This document shows, piece after piece, positions 1 to 8,804 of a stretch of 64,000 nt of DNA (its first letter is position 1; each line of letters starts with the position of its first letter). The notes under the pieces are model-generated. The model ran no database searches and was not told where the DNA came from. It worked only from the letters and a program-made list of their open reading frames with translations. Source of the stretch: Minisyncoccota bacterium (GTDB lineage: Bacteria; Patescibacteriota; Minisyncoccia; Phycocordibacterales; UBA9973); the NCBI GenBank assembly GCA_041663185.1, contig JBAZQY010000001.1, positions 19,448 through 83,447 on the forward strand, read 5' to 3'. The translations under genes were made by a program, and so were the position numbers.

Positions 1-2
1 TG

Positions 3-2000
3 TTGGCAACAGACCCGGACCGTGAAGGTGAAGCAATTTCGTGGCACTTGAAAGAACTTTTAGATAGCGACAAAAAAATAAAAGCTCCCATCAAGAGAGC
101 AACATTCCATGAAATCACAAAAGAGGCCGTAGAGGAGGCATTACAAAATCCACGCGATATTGACCAAAATTTAGTAAAAGCGCAAGAGGCACGTCGAGTT
201 CTTGATCGACTTGTCGGATATGATTTATCTGGAATAATCTGGAAGAAAGTCCGCTATGGACTTTCTGCTGGGCGAGTACAATCCCCCGCTCTGCGTATAA
301 TTATGGAGCGCGAAAGAGAAATCCGTGCATTTATTCCGGAACAATATTTCACTCTTGAGGGAATTTTTGACACTCAAAAGAAAAATAGAATCACTTTGTC
401 GTGTGCCGAAGAACCTCGTGACAAAAAACTGGTTGATGAAATACTTGATTTAGGAAAAAAGGAGAAATGGTTCGTGACTGACCTAAAGACAAGTGAACAG
501 AAAAGATCTCCGCGCGCGCCTTTTACTACTTCCACTCTTCAACAAACCGCAAGTACCCGACTTGGCTTCTCTCCATCCAGAACCATGCAGGCGGCTCAAA
601 AACTTTATGAGTCAGGATTTATTACCTATATGCGTACCGATAGCACGAACTTGTCCGTCCAAGCTCAGAATCAAATTGTTTCTCTTGTTGAGAAAAAATA
701 CGGTAAAGAATACGCTGAACTACATTTTTATAAAGCTAAATCCAAAAATGCCCAAGAAGCCCACGAAGCTATCCGCCCAACACACGTAACAGAAGAACAA
801 GCAGGTATGACTGAGGATCAAAAAAGATTATATCGTCTTATTTGGGAAAGAGCGGTCTCTTCACAAATGTCTGATGCTAAACTTCTCAAAACTAAAATAG
901 TCGCCAACATAGAAAGTAAAAAAATTCCTGACTTTTCAGCCAACGGCTCACAGGTACAATTCCTCGGGTGGCTTATATGTGAGACTGGTGCCCGCGGAGA
1001 AGATGTCGAGTTGCCTGAGGTCAAGGTTGGAGAAGAATTAAAATTAATTGATCTTCTAAGTACTGAGAAATTCACAGAACCACCAAACCGCTACACCGAA
1101 GCTGGTCTTATTAAAGAACTAGAAACTCGCGACATCGGCAGACCTTCAACTTATGCATCAATAATGAAAACACTTGAAGATAGAGGTTACGTTCGAAAAG
1201 AAGGGCGTACTCTTTTCCCTACTGACACGGGCGACGTCGTCTCGAGTTTCTTGGAAGACAACTTTGCAAACTATATCAGTGACACTTTCACCGCCGAGAT
1301 GGAAGACGAGCTCGATGATATTTCCAATGGTAAAAGAGATTATGTGAAAACCCTTAGTGATTTTTATACTCCATTCCAAAAAGAAATAAAAGAGAAAGAC
1401 AAACTTGCAAAAGCTACAAATATGGGAGAAGCACCAAGTGATATGTTTTGCCCTGTCTGTGGAAAAGCAATGATTATAAAACTTTCGCGTAATGGAAAAT
1501 TCTATTCATGTAGTAATTACCCAGAATGTACCGGAGCTCGAACTATCGAGGGCAACGTTCTAGAAGGTCCAAAAGAAACTGGCGAAATGTGCCCACTTTG
1601 CGGAGATAAGAAAGGAAAAAGTGGTGGAGGAAAATTAGTCACTCGTGAAGGACGATTCGGAGTATTTATTTCTTGTTCGCGTTATCCAAAATGTAAATTT
1701 ATTAAACAAGACGAGGAAGAATTAAAAAAGAAAATGACCGATGTTACTTGCCCAGTCTGTAATAAAGGAAAGATGATGGAGCGCCGAGGGCGCTTTGGAA
1801 TATTCTACTCCTGTTCCAATTATCCTGATTGTAAAAATGCTATCAAAGCCAAACCAACTGGAAGAATCTGCGATCTTTGCCAATCCCTAATGATGGAAGG
1901 CACAAAAACGATACCAGAGAGATGTAGTAACAGAATGTGTAAGAATCACAATCCCCATAAGCATGGTGACGGCATAAAAAATAATAAGAAAAAAACTTAG
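3..2000 (+). CDS. topA: DNA topoisomerase I (type IA), 5'-truncated by window edge; C-terminal zinc ribbons
   Basis: ATDPDREGEAI TOPRIM motif, SAGRVQS, ITYMRTDS catalytic Tyr, AQEAHEAIRPT, GRPSTYA, three CPxC..CSxYPxC zinc ribbons. Confidence 0.98.
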   Translation: MATDPDREGEAISWHLKELLDSDKKIKAPIKRATFHEITKEAVEEALQNPRDIDQNLVKAQEARRVLDRLVGYDLSGIIWKKVRYGLSAGRVQSPALRIIMEREREIRAFIPEQYFTLEGIFDTQKKNRITLSCAEEPRDKKLVDEILDLGKKEKWFVTDLKTSEQKRSPRAPFTTSTLQQTASTRLGFSPSRTMQAAQKLYESGFITYMRTDSTNLSVQAQNQIVSLVEKKYGKEYAELHFYKAKSKNAQEAHEAIRPTHVTEEQAGMTEDQKRLYRLIWERAVSSQMSDAKLLKTKIVANIESKKIPDFSANGSQVQFLGWLICETGARGEDVELPEVKVGEELKLIDLLSTEKFTEPPNRYTEAGLIKELETRDIGRPSTYASIMKTLEDRGYVRKEGRTLFPTDTGDVVSSFLEDNFANYISDTFTAEMEDELDDISNGKRDYVKTLSDFYTPFQKEIKEKDKLAKATNMGEAPSDMFCPVCGKAMIIKLSRNGKFYSCSNYPECTGARTIEGNVLEGPKETGEMCPLCGDKKGKSGGGKLVTREGRFGVFISCSRYPKCKFIKQDEEELKKKMTDVTCPVCNKGKMMERRGRFGIFYSCSNYPDCKNAIKAKPTGRICDLCQSLMMEGTKTIPERCSNRMCKNHNPHKHGDGIKNNKKKT

Positions 2001-2200
2001 TCTTCACTAAGTTTTTTTGTTTTTGTGAGACGGAGCGATGTTTTGCGAGCACGCAAAACCGCGAGTCGGGGTCGCGAGTTTTTCGAGTGACGACGAGAAA
2101 AAACTTGTGACCAAAAACGATACCCGAACGTTGCTCAAACAAAATGTGTAAAAATCACAACCCTCACAAGCACGGTGATAATATAAAATTAAAGAAATAA
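2001..2200 (+). repeat. Structured ~110-nt insert followed by a recoded duplicate of the topA 3' end (2111-2200)
   Basis: 2111-2200 translates PKTIPERCSNKMCKNHNPHKHGDNIKLKK* versus native TKTIPERCSNRMCKNHNPHKHGDGIKNNKKKT*; CAAAAACGATACC identical at 1903-1915 and 2112-2124. Confidence 0.9.
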
Positions 2201-2243
2201 ATTTCTTCTTTCAAAAAAATACCAATGAGTTATAATACTCCCT

Positions 2244-3710
2244 ATGACTCCAGTGGCAGACAAAATAATCGCCTTAATGCCCAATATTAAGGAAAAAGAC
2301 AAGGCTCTTATCGAAAAGGCCTATAATTTCGCTCAAAATGCCCATAAAGAGCAATTACGTAAGAGTGGTGAGCCATACTTCGTCCACGTTTTTGCAACAG
2401 CTTATAATTTGGCTGGGCTTGGAATGAATGCCATTGTAATATGCGCAGGATTACTTCATGATGTCTTAGAAGATACGAAAACTACCGAAGAAGAACTTGA
2501 AAAAGCATTTGGCAAAGAAATCGTCTCTTTAGTAAAAGGTGTTACCAAACTTGGTACAGTTAAATACAAAGGAGTTGAACGTAATATTGAAAACTTGCGA
2601 AAATTTTTCGTTTCAATGGCTGAAGATTTGAGAGTACTCGTCATCAAATTGGCTGACCGCCTACACAACATGGAGACATTGCAACATGTCCCTCCGGACA
2701 AACAGAAGCGTATCGCTCTTGAAACTCTAGAAGTATATGCGCCACTGGCAAACCGATTATCGATGGGAATATTAAAAGGGCGACTTGAAGACAGTGCTTT
2801 CCGATACGCTTACCCAAAAGAATATGAGGAAGTAAAAAAAATGCTTCTTGATAAGAAAGATGCTAAAGAAAAATATTTGATTGAAGTTAATGACAAACTG
2901 AAAGCTAAATTAAAAAAGGAACACATCAAAAATGCTGAAATAAATTATCGGCAGAAACATCTATATTCCCTTTGGAAAAAGTTACAAAAATATGGAATGG
3001 ATATTGATAAAGTTTACGATATTATTGCTCTTCGGGTCATGGTCAATAGTGTAACTGATTGTTACCACGTCCTTGGTATTATCCATGGGGAATGGACTCC
3101 TGTTCCGGGTCGTTTCAAAGATTATATTGCCCTACCAAAAGCCAACGGCTACCAGAGTTTACATACAACAATATTCACTGGAACTGGTGGAATCGTCGAG
3201 ATCCAAATCCGTACACATGAAATGCATGAGAATGCTGAGAACGGTATCGCCGCTCATTTCATATACAAAGAAAAAGAAAAAACGAAAGACCTAAATCCTA
3301 AACAGTTCGACTGGGTTTCTCAGCTGAATGAACTAAACAAGGAAACAGAAAAATCAGAAAAATTATTAGAAACAATTAAAATAAATTTTTTCAAAGATAG
3401 AGTTTTCGTCTTTACTCCCAAGGGCGATATTATTGATTTACCTGAGGGATCTTCGGTAATTGATTTCGCCTATGCAATACACACTGATGTCGGTAATCAT
3501 GCTCAAAGTGCCAAAATTAATGGTAAAAATTCAGCCTTGCATACAATTTTAAAAACCCATGATATTGTAGAAGTACAAGTGAACAAAAATTCTAAACCAT
3601 CATCCAAATGGTTAGATCACACTAAAACAACTCTAGCTCGCAAGCAGATAACTAACCATTTAAAAACAAATAGTTTGCTTTCCAAGTTTCTTTCTTTTGG
3701 TAAAAATTAA
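2244..3710 (+). CDS. rel: RelA/SpoT-family (p)ppGpp synthetase/hydrolase (HD + synthetase + TGS, no C-terminal ACT domain)
   Basis: RKSGEPY, LLHDVLEDT, IKLADRLHNMETL, GYQSLHT, EIQIRT, VFTPKG..DFAYAIHT motifs. Confidence 0.95.
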   Translation: MTPVADKIIALMPNIKEKDKALIEKAYNFAQNAHKEQLRKSGEPYFVHVFATAYNLAGLGMNAIVICAGLLHDVLEDTKTTEEELEKAFGKEIVSLVKGVTKLGTVKYKGVERNIENLRKFFVSMAEDLRVLVIKLADRLHNMETLQHVPPDKQKRIALETLEVYAPLANRLSMGILKGRLEDSAFRYAYPKEYEEVKKMLLDKKDAKEKYLIEVNDKLKAKLKKEHIKNAEINYRQKHLYSLWKKLQKYGMDIDKVYDIIALRVMVNSVTDCYHVLGIIHGEWTPVPGRFKDYIALPKANGYQSLHTTIFTGTGGIVEIQIRTHEMHENAENGIAAHFIYKEKEKTKDLNPKQFDWVSQLNELNKETEKSEKLLETIKINFFKDRVFVFTPKGDIIDLPEGSSVIDFAYAIHTDVGNHAQSAKINGKNSALHTILKTHDIVEVQVNKNSKPSSKWLDHTKTTLARKQITNHLKTNSLLSKFLSFGKN

Positions 3711-4741
3711 AGAGAAAAATTTTTAATATTATATAGATCGATATCTTCTTCGGCTTTTTTGATTTCTTCTTTTGTTCTATCATCCTCAAGATGTAAATTA
3801 TCATCTATACTTTCCTCCCCGACACTAGGGACGACTTCTTCAACCACAACAGTAGTGCCTGGTTGTGGTTCTTGGGTTGCGATGAATTTCTCAAGCATAC
3901 TGTTTGGATTGTTTTCGCCACTTGATTTGATTAGATTAAGAATTGTGTGTAAATCATCATTGGTAAAGAAATCAATCGTGATATACCCACCATTTTCTTT
4001 CTTTTCAATGTGGACACGAGTGCCAAGAGATTCTTGCAACCTTTCTTCCATTTCAGCAATTTCTGGATCAGGCATATACTCTTTTTTGCGAACGCGATCA
4101 AAGGCAATCTTGCGTGCTGCTTTCTCGGCATCACGAACTGTCATTTTCTTAAAAACAATTTCTTTAAAAAGAACCATTTGCTCGGCTGGCCGATCAATCA
4201 ACATCAAAATTGGGCGTGTATGTCCTTCGCTTATTTTACCGGAGGATAGGGCGTCCAAAATTTCTTGAGGTAAGGCAAGTAATCGCAAAGTGTTAGAAAC
4301 GTATTCGCGACTTTTTCCAACTTTCTTGCCGATATCTGTGTGAGTAAATTTAAATTCTTCAACAAGTCGCATAAAAGCTCGAGCTCGCTCAACAGCATTC
4401 AAATCTTCACGTTGCAAGTTCTCAATAATCGCAATTTCGAGTTTAGCCATATTGTCATCTCCTACTCGAATAATTACTGGTATCTGTTCAATCCCGGCAA
4501 TCTTGGCAGCGCGTAGACGACGCTCCCCAGCGATGAGTTCGTATTCAACAGCAATACCTCCATCTTCTTTCTGAACTTCTTGCCTTGAAACAACAAGTGG
4601 TTGGAGCACACCATACTGACGAATTGAATCTGCTAAATCTTTCAATCGAGCTTCATCGAACTCACGACGGGGCTGAAAAGGATTTGGTTTAATTTTTCCA
4701 ATATCTACCCAAAAAATTGAATTATTATAAAGTTGAGACAT
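3707..4741 (-). CDS. parB: ParB/Spo0J-family partition protein
   Basis: PNPFQPRREF, GVLQPLVV, YELIAGERRLRAA, IIENLQREDL, HTH region VGKSREYVSNTLRLL. Confidence 0.93.
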   Translation of the reverse strand: MSQLYNNSIFWVDIGKIKPNPFQPRREFDEARLKDLADSIRQYGVLQPLVVSRQEVQKEDGGIAVEYELIAGERRLRAAKIAGIEQIPVIIRVGDDNMAKLEIAIIENLQREDLNAVERARAFMRLVEEFKFTHTDIGKKVGKSREYVSNTLRLLALPQEILDALSSGKISEGHTRPILMLIDRPAEQMVLFKEIVFKKMTVRDAEKAARKIAFDRVRKKEYMPDPEIAEMEERLQESLGTRVHIEKKENGGYITIDFFTNDDLHTILNLIKSSGENNPNSMLEKFIATQEPQPGTTVVVEEVVPSVGEESIDDNLHLEDDRTKEEIKKAEEDIDLYNIKNFSL

Positions 4742-4806
4742 CCCATTAGAAAATTTAATTTATAAAGTTTATTGGCCATTCTTATCCTGTTGATTTTCTA
4801 ACGGGA
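4741..4806. repeat. Short MITE-like element with terminal inverted repeats at the parB start
   Basis: TCCCATTAGAAAA (4741-4753) / TTTTCTAACGGGA (4794-4806), 12/13 complementary. Confidence 0.55.
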
Positions 4807-4839
4807 CAAGTATCTATATTTTAGCATATTTTTATTCTA

Positions 4840-4868
4840 TTGAAAAATAAAAAGAAACCGTGTATAAT
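4840..4868 (+). promoter_or_regulatory. Sigma70-type promoter for tRNA-Tyr
   Basis: TTGAAA-17 bp-TATAAT upstream of the tRNA. Confidence 0.7.
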
Positions 4869-4886
4869 CCCCTTGTATTTAAATAT

Positions 4887-4969
4887 GCGTCGGTGGCAGA
4901 GTGGTCAATTGCATTTGACTGTAAATCAAACGCCTTCGGGCTACGTAGGTTCGAATCCTACCCGGCGCA
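4887..4969 (+). tRNA. tRNA-Tyr (GTA)
   Basis: Cloverleaf: acceptor GCGTCGG/CCGGCGC, anticodon arm TTTGA-CTGTAAA-TCAAA, long variable arm, GTAGG-TTCGAAT-CCTAC; CCA not encoded. Confidence 0.97.
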
Positions 4970-6455
4970 CTCTAGAGGACTCAATGTCTGAAATTGAAGA
5001 TTTTAGCTTGAAAAGAAAGGATGTATCAATGGTTCCAAATGCGCTGTTTTTGAAAGTGAGACCCTTTGGAAATTGGAACCATTGGAGTCGTATTTTTGTC
5101 TCAATAGGAGCATCACGCCAAACCTGACTTGGATTTCTAAAATATTCTTCTAATTCCTTCATAATTGAAAGAATGTCAATATTTAAGCTTGGCATTGCTA
5201 CCAATTGAGAGTTCAATTCCAGGAGTTCCTGGTCAATTAGTTCAAGTTGCTCTTTCAAGACCTCATTCTGGATAAATCCTTCAAGATTCTTTTTTATAAC
5301 ACTGGTTTGTTTGTATTTCAGTACTTGAATTTGCCTTTTCAATTTCTCTGTATTATTTCTTGTCTCTTGGAATTTCTTAGAAAAGTTCTTTTTAATTGCC
5401 AACTTCAGTTTCTCGATCTTTGATGAATCAAGGCTGTACTTATCCAGAAATTTCACAAAATCGTTCTCAAATTTATCCCGATTATAATTTGTATCCTTTC
5501 CTCCAAACCGGTAGTAGGGATATTTTTTGTCTCTGCCCTTTGACCAACTCCCGGTCAATTTTTTACCAATTTCATTGATCACGAATCTCCTCAATGGAAA
5601 GTCAGGATGATCCGTTATGTGCGTTGAATGTTTATGACCTTTATTCTTAAGGACCCTTTGTGCCTGATCGAAAATCTCCTCTGAAATTATTGCCGGGTAA
5701 AGGCCATTGTAAATTGCTCCAAATTTGATAATACGACCGCAGTAAAGTTCATTTCGGAGTATGGTGTAGAAATATCCTTTTGAAAATGGCTTTCCACTTT
5801 TATTAGCTAATCCTTTCTTTGTCATCATCTTTCTCACTTCCTCAGTCGTATATACATTACTTGCAACCAATGTAAACGTCTTGTGCACAATTGGAGCAAT
5901 TTTTGAATCCTTTACAATTGTAGCTTTTCCATTGACTTTTGCATTTAAATATCCAATAGGTGCCATCCAAACATATCTACCATCCCGCACAGCCTCCTTC
6001 ATTCCATTAGTGCTTCGTTCAGCCCTAATATCGTTATCAAATTGGGCAATATTGGCCATTGTATTTTCCATAAACCGACCAACAGGATTGTTTTCAAAAT
6101 ACTCAGAAGTCGATTTGATTTCGACTCCATACCTCTTTAATAATAGTCGTATTTGACTGTAATCATCTGTATTTCGGGACAATCTATCTAGTTTATAGAT
6201 TATCACTGCCCTGATCCCGTTCTTTTTTTCAGCACAATATTTAAGTAGCTTTTGAAGCTCTGTACGATCTGCAGTCTTGGCACTTTCACCTTGTTCCACA
6301 AAGACTTCATTAATTTCATAATCATTTTTATTAGCATATTCCCGGCAGATTCTCTCCTGGGTAACTAAGCTATTGCCTTCATCAGCCTGTTCCTTTGTTG
6401 AAACCCGGACATAGATTACGCACCTTTTCAATGCTGTTTGATTTGTAGTATTCAT
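4941..6455 (-). CDS. Large serine recombinase (integrase)
   Basis: IYVRVSTKEQ catalytic Ser motif, SAKTADRTELQKLL, YKLDRLSRN, recombinase domain (PIGY, YCG..AIISEEIF), coiled coil; C-terminus runs antisense into the tRNA. Confidence 0.95.
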   Translation of the reverse strand: MNTTNQTALKRCVIYVRVSTKEQADEGNSLVTQERICREYANKNDYEINEVFVEQGESAKTADRTELQKLLKYCAEKKNGIRAVIIYKLDRLSRNTDDYSQIRLLLKRYGVEIKSTSEYFENNPVGRFMENTMANIAQFDNDIRAERSTNGMKEAVRDGRYVWMAPIGYLNAKVNGKATIVKDSKIAPIVHKTFTLVASNVYTTEEVRKMMTKKGLANKSGKPFSKGYFYTILRNELYCGRIIKFGAIYNGLYPAIISEEIFDQAQRVLKNKGHKHSTHITDHPDFPLRRFVINEIGKKLTGSWSKGRDKKYPYYRFGGKDTNYNRDKFENDFVKFLDKYSLDSSKIEKLKLAIKKNFSKKFQETRNNTEKLKRQIQVLKYKQTSVIKKNLEGFIQNEVLKEQLELIDQELLELNSQLVAMPSLNIDILSIMKELEEYFRNPSQVWRDAPIETKIRLQWFQFPKGLTFKNSAFGTIDTSFLFKLKSSISDIESSRVRRVGFEPT

Positions 6456-6681
6456 TTGATTTCTTATTCAGATATGCCTCAATTAGAATATTAGCATAGT
6501 AATCCAAAGCGACATCTTCTGAATCATTATTTAAACTATTAATGCCGAAAGAGGGACAACGACTTAAGGGTTTGTTGCTACACAAAAGCTCTCGTTGCCC
6601 CTCTTTTGGCTCAACCATTTTCTTAAGTATTTGGCTTTCATGTAGCTTACTCATAATATAAAATTTCTTAAAAATTTTCAA
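6382..6681 (-). CDS. Small hypothetical protein upstream of and overlapping the recombinase start
   Basis: 99-aa ORF co-oriented with the recombinase; start and reality uncertain. Confidence 0.35.
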   Translation of the reverse strand: MKIFKKFYIMSKLHESQILKKMVEPKEGQRELLCSNKPLSRCPSFGINSLNNDSEDVALDYYANILIEAYLNKKSNEYYKSNSIEKVRNLCPGFNKGTG

Positions 6682-6833
6682 CTAAAGCCTTGATTTGCTC
6701 TTCGAGGTCTTTGTTGTGTTTTCACTTTAGAGATTTTACTAAAATATTAGGAATGAGTAAGAAGCGAAAAATAACCTATTTCGTTATATTTCATCCTCTT
6801 TTAAGCACCATATAAAATGATTATGCTATTCTT

Positions 6834-8153
6834 ATGAGTGAAGAATCATGGAAAAGACAAGAAATCACGCCAATTGGATTGACTACCTGGCGAAGTGAAT
6901 ACAAGCCTTTTGGGATTAAAGACAATGATCGGCTTGGGCATATTTATGCAATTGGTAAAACTGGCACTGGAAAAAGTACTCTGCTAGAGAATATGGCTAT
7001 TTCTGATATCATTCGAGGTAATGGTCTTTGTGTAATTGATCCTCATGGAGATCTAGCTTCCAATATCCTTAATTACATACCGGAAAGTAGGATTAAAGAT
7101 GTTATTTACTTTAATCCAGTTGATAAGGAATATCCAATTGCCTTCAATCCTCTATCTGGCATTCATCCAAATCATCATCACTTAGTTGCTTCAGGGTTGA
7201 TTTCAACTTTCAAGAAGATTTGGGCTGATTCATGGGGGCCGAGAATGGAATATATTTTGCGCTTCGCACTCTTGACTTTGCTTGAAAATAGAAAGTGTAG
7301 TTTGCTAGATATTCAACCACTGCTCACTGACCAAACATTCCGAAATTCCATTTTGTCGCGTTCAATTAGCCCGTATATACTTTCTTTCTGGCACAATGAA
7401 TTTGATAAATATCCGCCGTCACTCAAGTCGGAAGCAATCGCACCTATATTAAATAAGGTAGGGCTATTTTTAGCCAGTACACCACTGAGAAATATTGTCG
7501 GCCAAAATTCGCGTGGATTTAATCTTCAAGAAGTTATGAATAATGGTAAAATTTTAATTGTGAATCTTTCAAAAGGAGAACTTGGTGAAGATGTTACAGC
7601 CATTCTTGGGAATATGATTGTCACTAACATTCAGCTTGCCGCCTTATATCGTGCCAGACAACCTGAACATACAAGGAAACCCTTCTATTTATATGTTGAC
7701 GAAATGCATTCTTTTGTCTCATTGTCTTTTGCAGATATTTTGGCTGAAGCCAGGAAATATCGGTTGTCTATTTTTCTTTCACACCAGTATATTGAACAAC
7801 TTCATGAAAAAATTAGAGCAGCCATCTTTGGAAATGTTGGTACTCTAATATCCTTCCGTATCGGGGCAACTGATGCTGAGTATTTAGAAAAAGAGTTCAA
7901 ACCGGTTTTTGATCAATACGATCTTATCCAATTGCCAAAATATAATATGTACTTAAAGCTGATGATTGATGGAGCAACTTCCCAGCCATTTAGTGCTGAG
8001 ACTAAGCCAATTTCCTTTTTGCCTCAAAAAAATATTTCTCAAGTGATTACATTTTCACAGGAAAGATATGGTTCAGAACGAAAAAGAGTAGAGGAAACTA
8101 TTTTAGCAAAGTATAAATCAAATGAAGGACGGCAAGATCAGAAACTATTTTAG
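6834..8153 (+). CDS. VirD4/TraD/HerA-like P-loop ATPase (type IV coupling-protein-like, no TM anchor)
   Basis: HIYAIGKTGTGKS Walker A, VIDPHGD, FNPL, LYVDEMH Walker B, EARKY, HQY. Confidence 0.88.
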   Translation: MSEESWKRQEITPIGLTTWRSEYKPFGIKDNDRLGHIYAIGKTGTGKSTLLENMAISDIIRGNGLCVIDPHGDLASNILNYIPESRIKDVIYFNPVDKEYPIAFNPLSGIHPNHHHLVASGLISTFKKIWADSWGPRMEYILRFALLTLLENRKCSLLDIQPLLTDQTFRNSILSRSISPYILSFWHNEFDKYPPSLKSEAIAPILNKVGLFLASTPLRNIVGQNSRGFNLQEVMNNGKILIVNLSKGELGEDVTAILGNMIVTNIQLAALYRARQPEHTRKPFYLYVDEMHSFVSLSFADILAEARKYRLSIFLSHQYIEQLHEKIRAAIFGNVGTLISFRIGATDAEYLEKEFKPVFDQYDLIQLPKYNMYLKLMIDGATSQPFSAETKPISFLPQKNISQVITFSQERYGSERKRVEETILAKYKSNEGRQDQKLF

Positions 8154-8264
8154 GAATTTAAAAATATAAACAAATAAATTTATATTTTTACTAAGTCAAG
8201 TTATTATAACATCTTCCGTATCAGGTATAGTACTTCAGATTATTAACCTTTAAAACAGAAAATT

Positions 8265-8804
8265 ATGATTTATGCTATTATTCTAGCCGTCATTGTGATT
8301 CTCTTTCTTCTATTCCGGCCAAGACGCAAAAAAATTGGTGAGGTCGGACAACACTGGAACCATTTCTTTCCCAATTTCCAGTTCTCATCTGCAGAATTTT
8401 ATTCTTTAGTTGAAGAAAAGATTAAAGCTCAAGCAATGCCTAATACCCGAATCTCTAGGGTAAATTACGCCGAATCAAGCATTATTTCAAATAGACGAGA
8501 ATACTTACATATAGAGAGGAAAGAAGACATTTTTGATATTTGTGCCGCTCCATTTGGAACAGGTTTTTTCGTCTCCTATTGGCTTGGAAAGCCAAAGCAT
8601 GCTTTCAGAAATTTTCTTAGTAGAATACCTTACCTTAGTCAAATATCTGAAGGTTGGCAAGGTTCCACGTATTATCTGGCTGATACAGCAAGTATGTTTA
8701 GGGGTGCAGTTGTTAGTTCAATATCAGAGGCCATTGAAGAAATAACAACAAGAAAAGGTTTGCGTGGATTGTCAGAAAGTGAGCAATTTGCGATGGTTAG
8801 ATGA
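8265..8804 (+). CDS. Hypothetical protein with N-terminal membrane anchor
   Basis: Hydrophobic N-terminus followed by RPRRKK; stop overlaps the next start (ATGA). Confidence 0.75.
   Translation: MIYAIILAVIVILFLLFRPRRKKIGEVGQHWNHFFPNFQFSSAEFYSLVEEKIKAQAMPNTRISRVNYAESSIISNRREYLHIERKEDIFDICAAPFGTGFFVSYWLGKPKHAFRNFLSRIPYLSQISEGWQGSTYYLADTASMFRGAVVSSISEAIEEITTRKGLRGLSESEQFAMVR

Noticed and set aside
3707-4840. parA partner or parS site near parB
   Set aside because: No Walker-type ParA ORF adjacent and no TGTTTCACGTGAAACA-like site noticed
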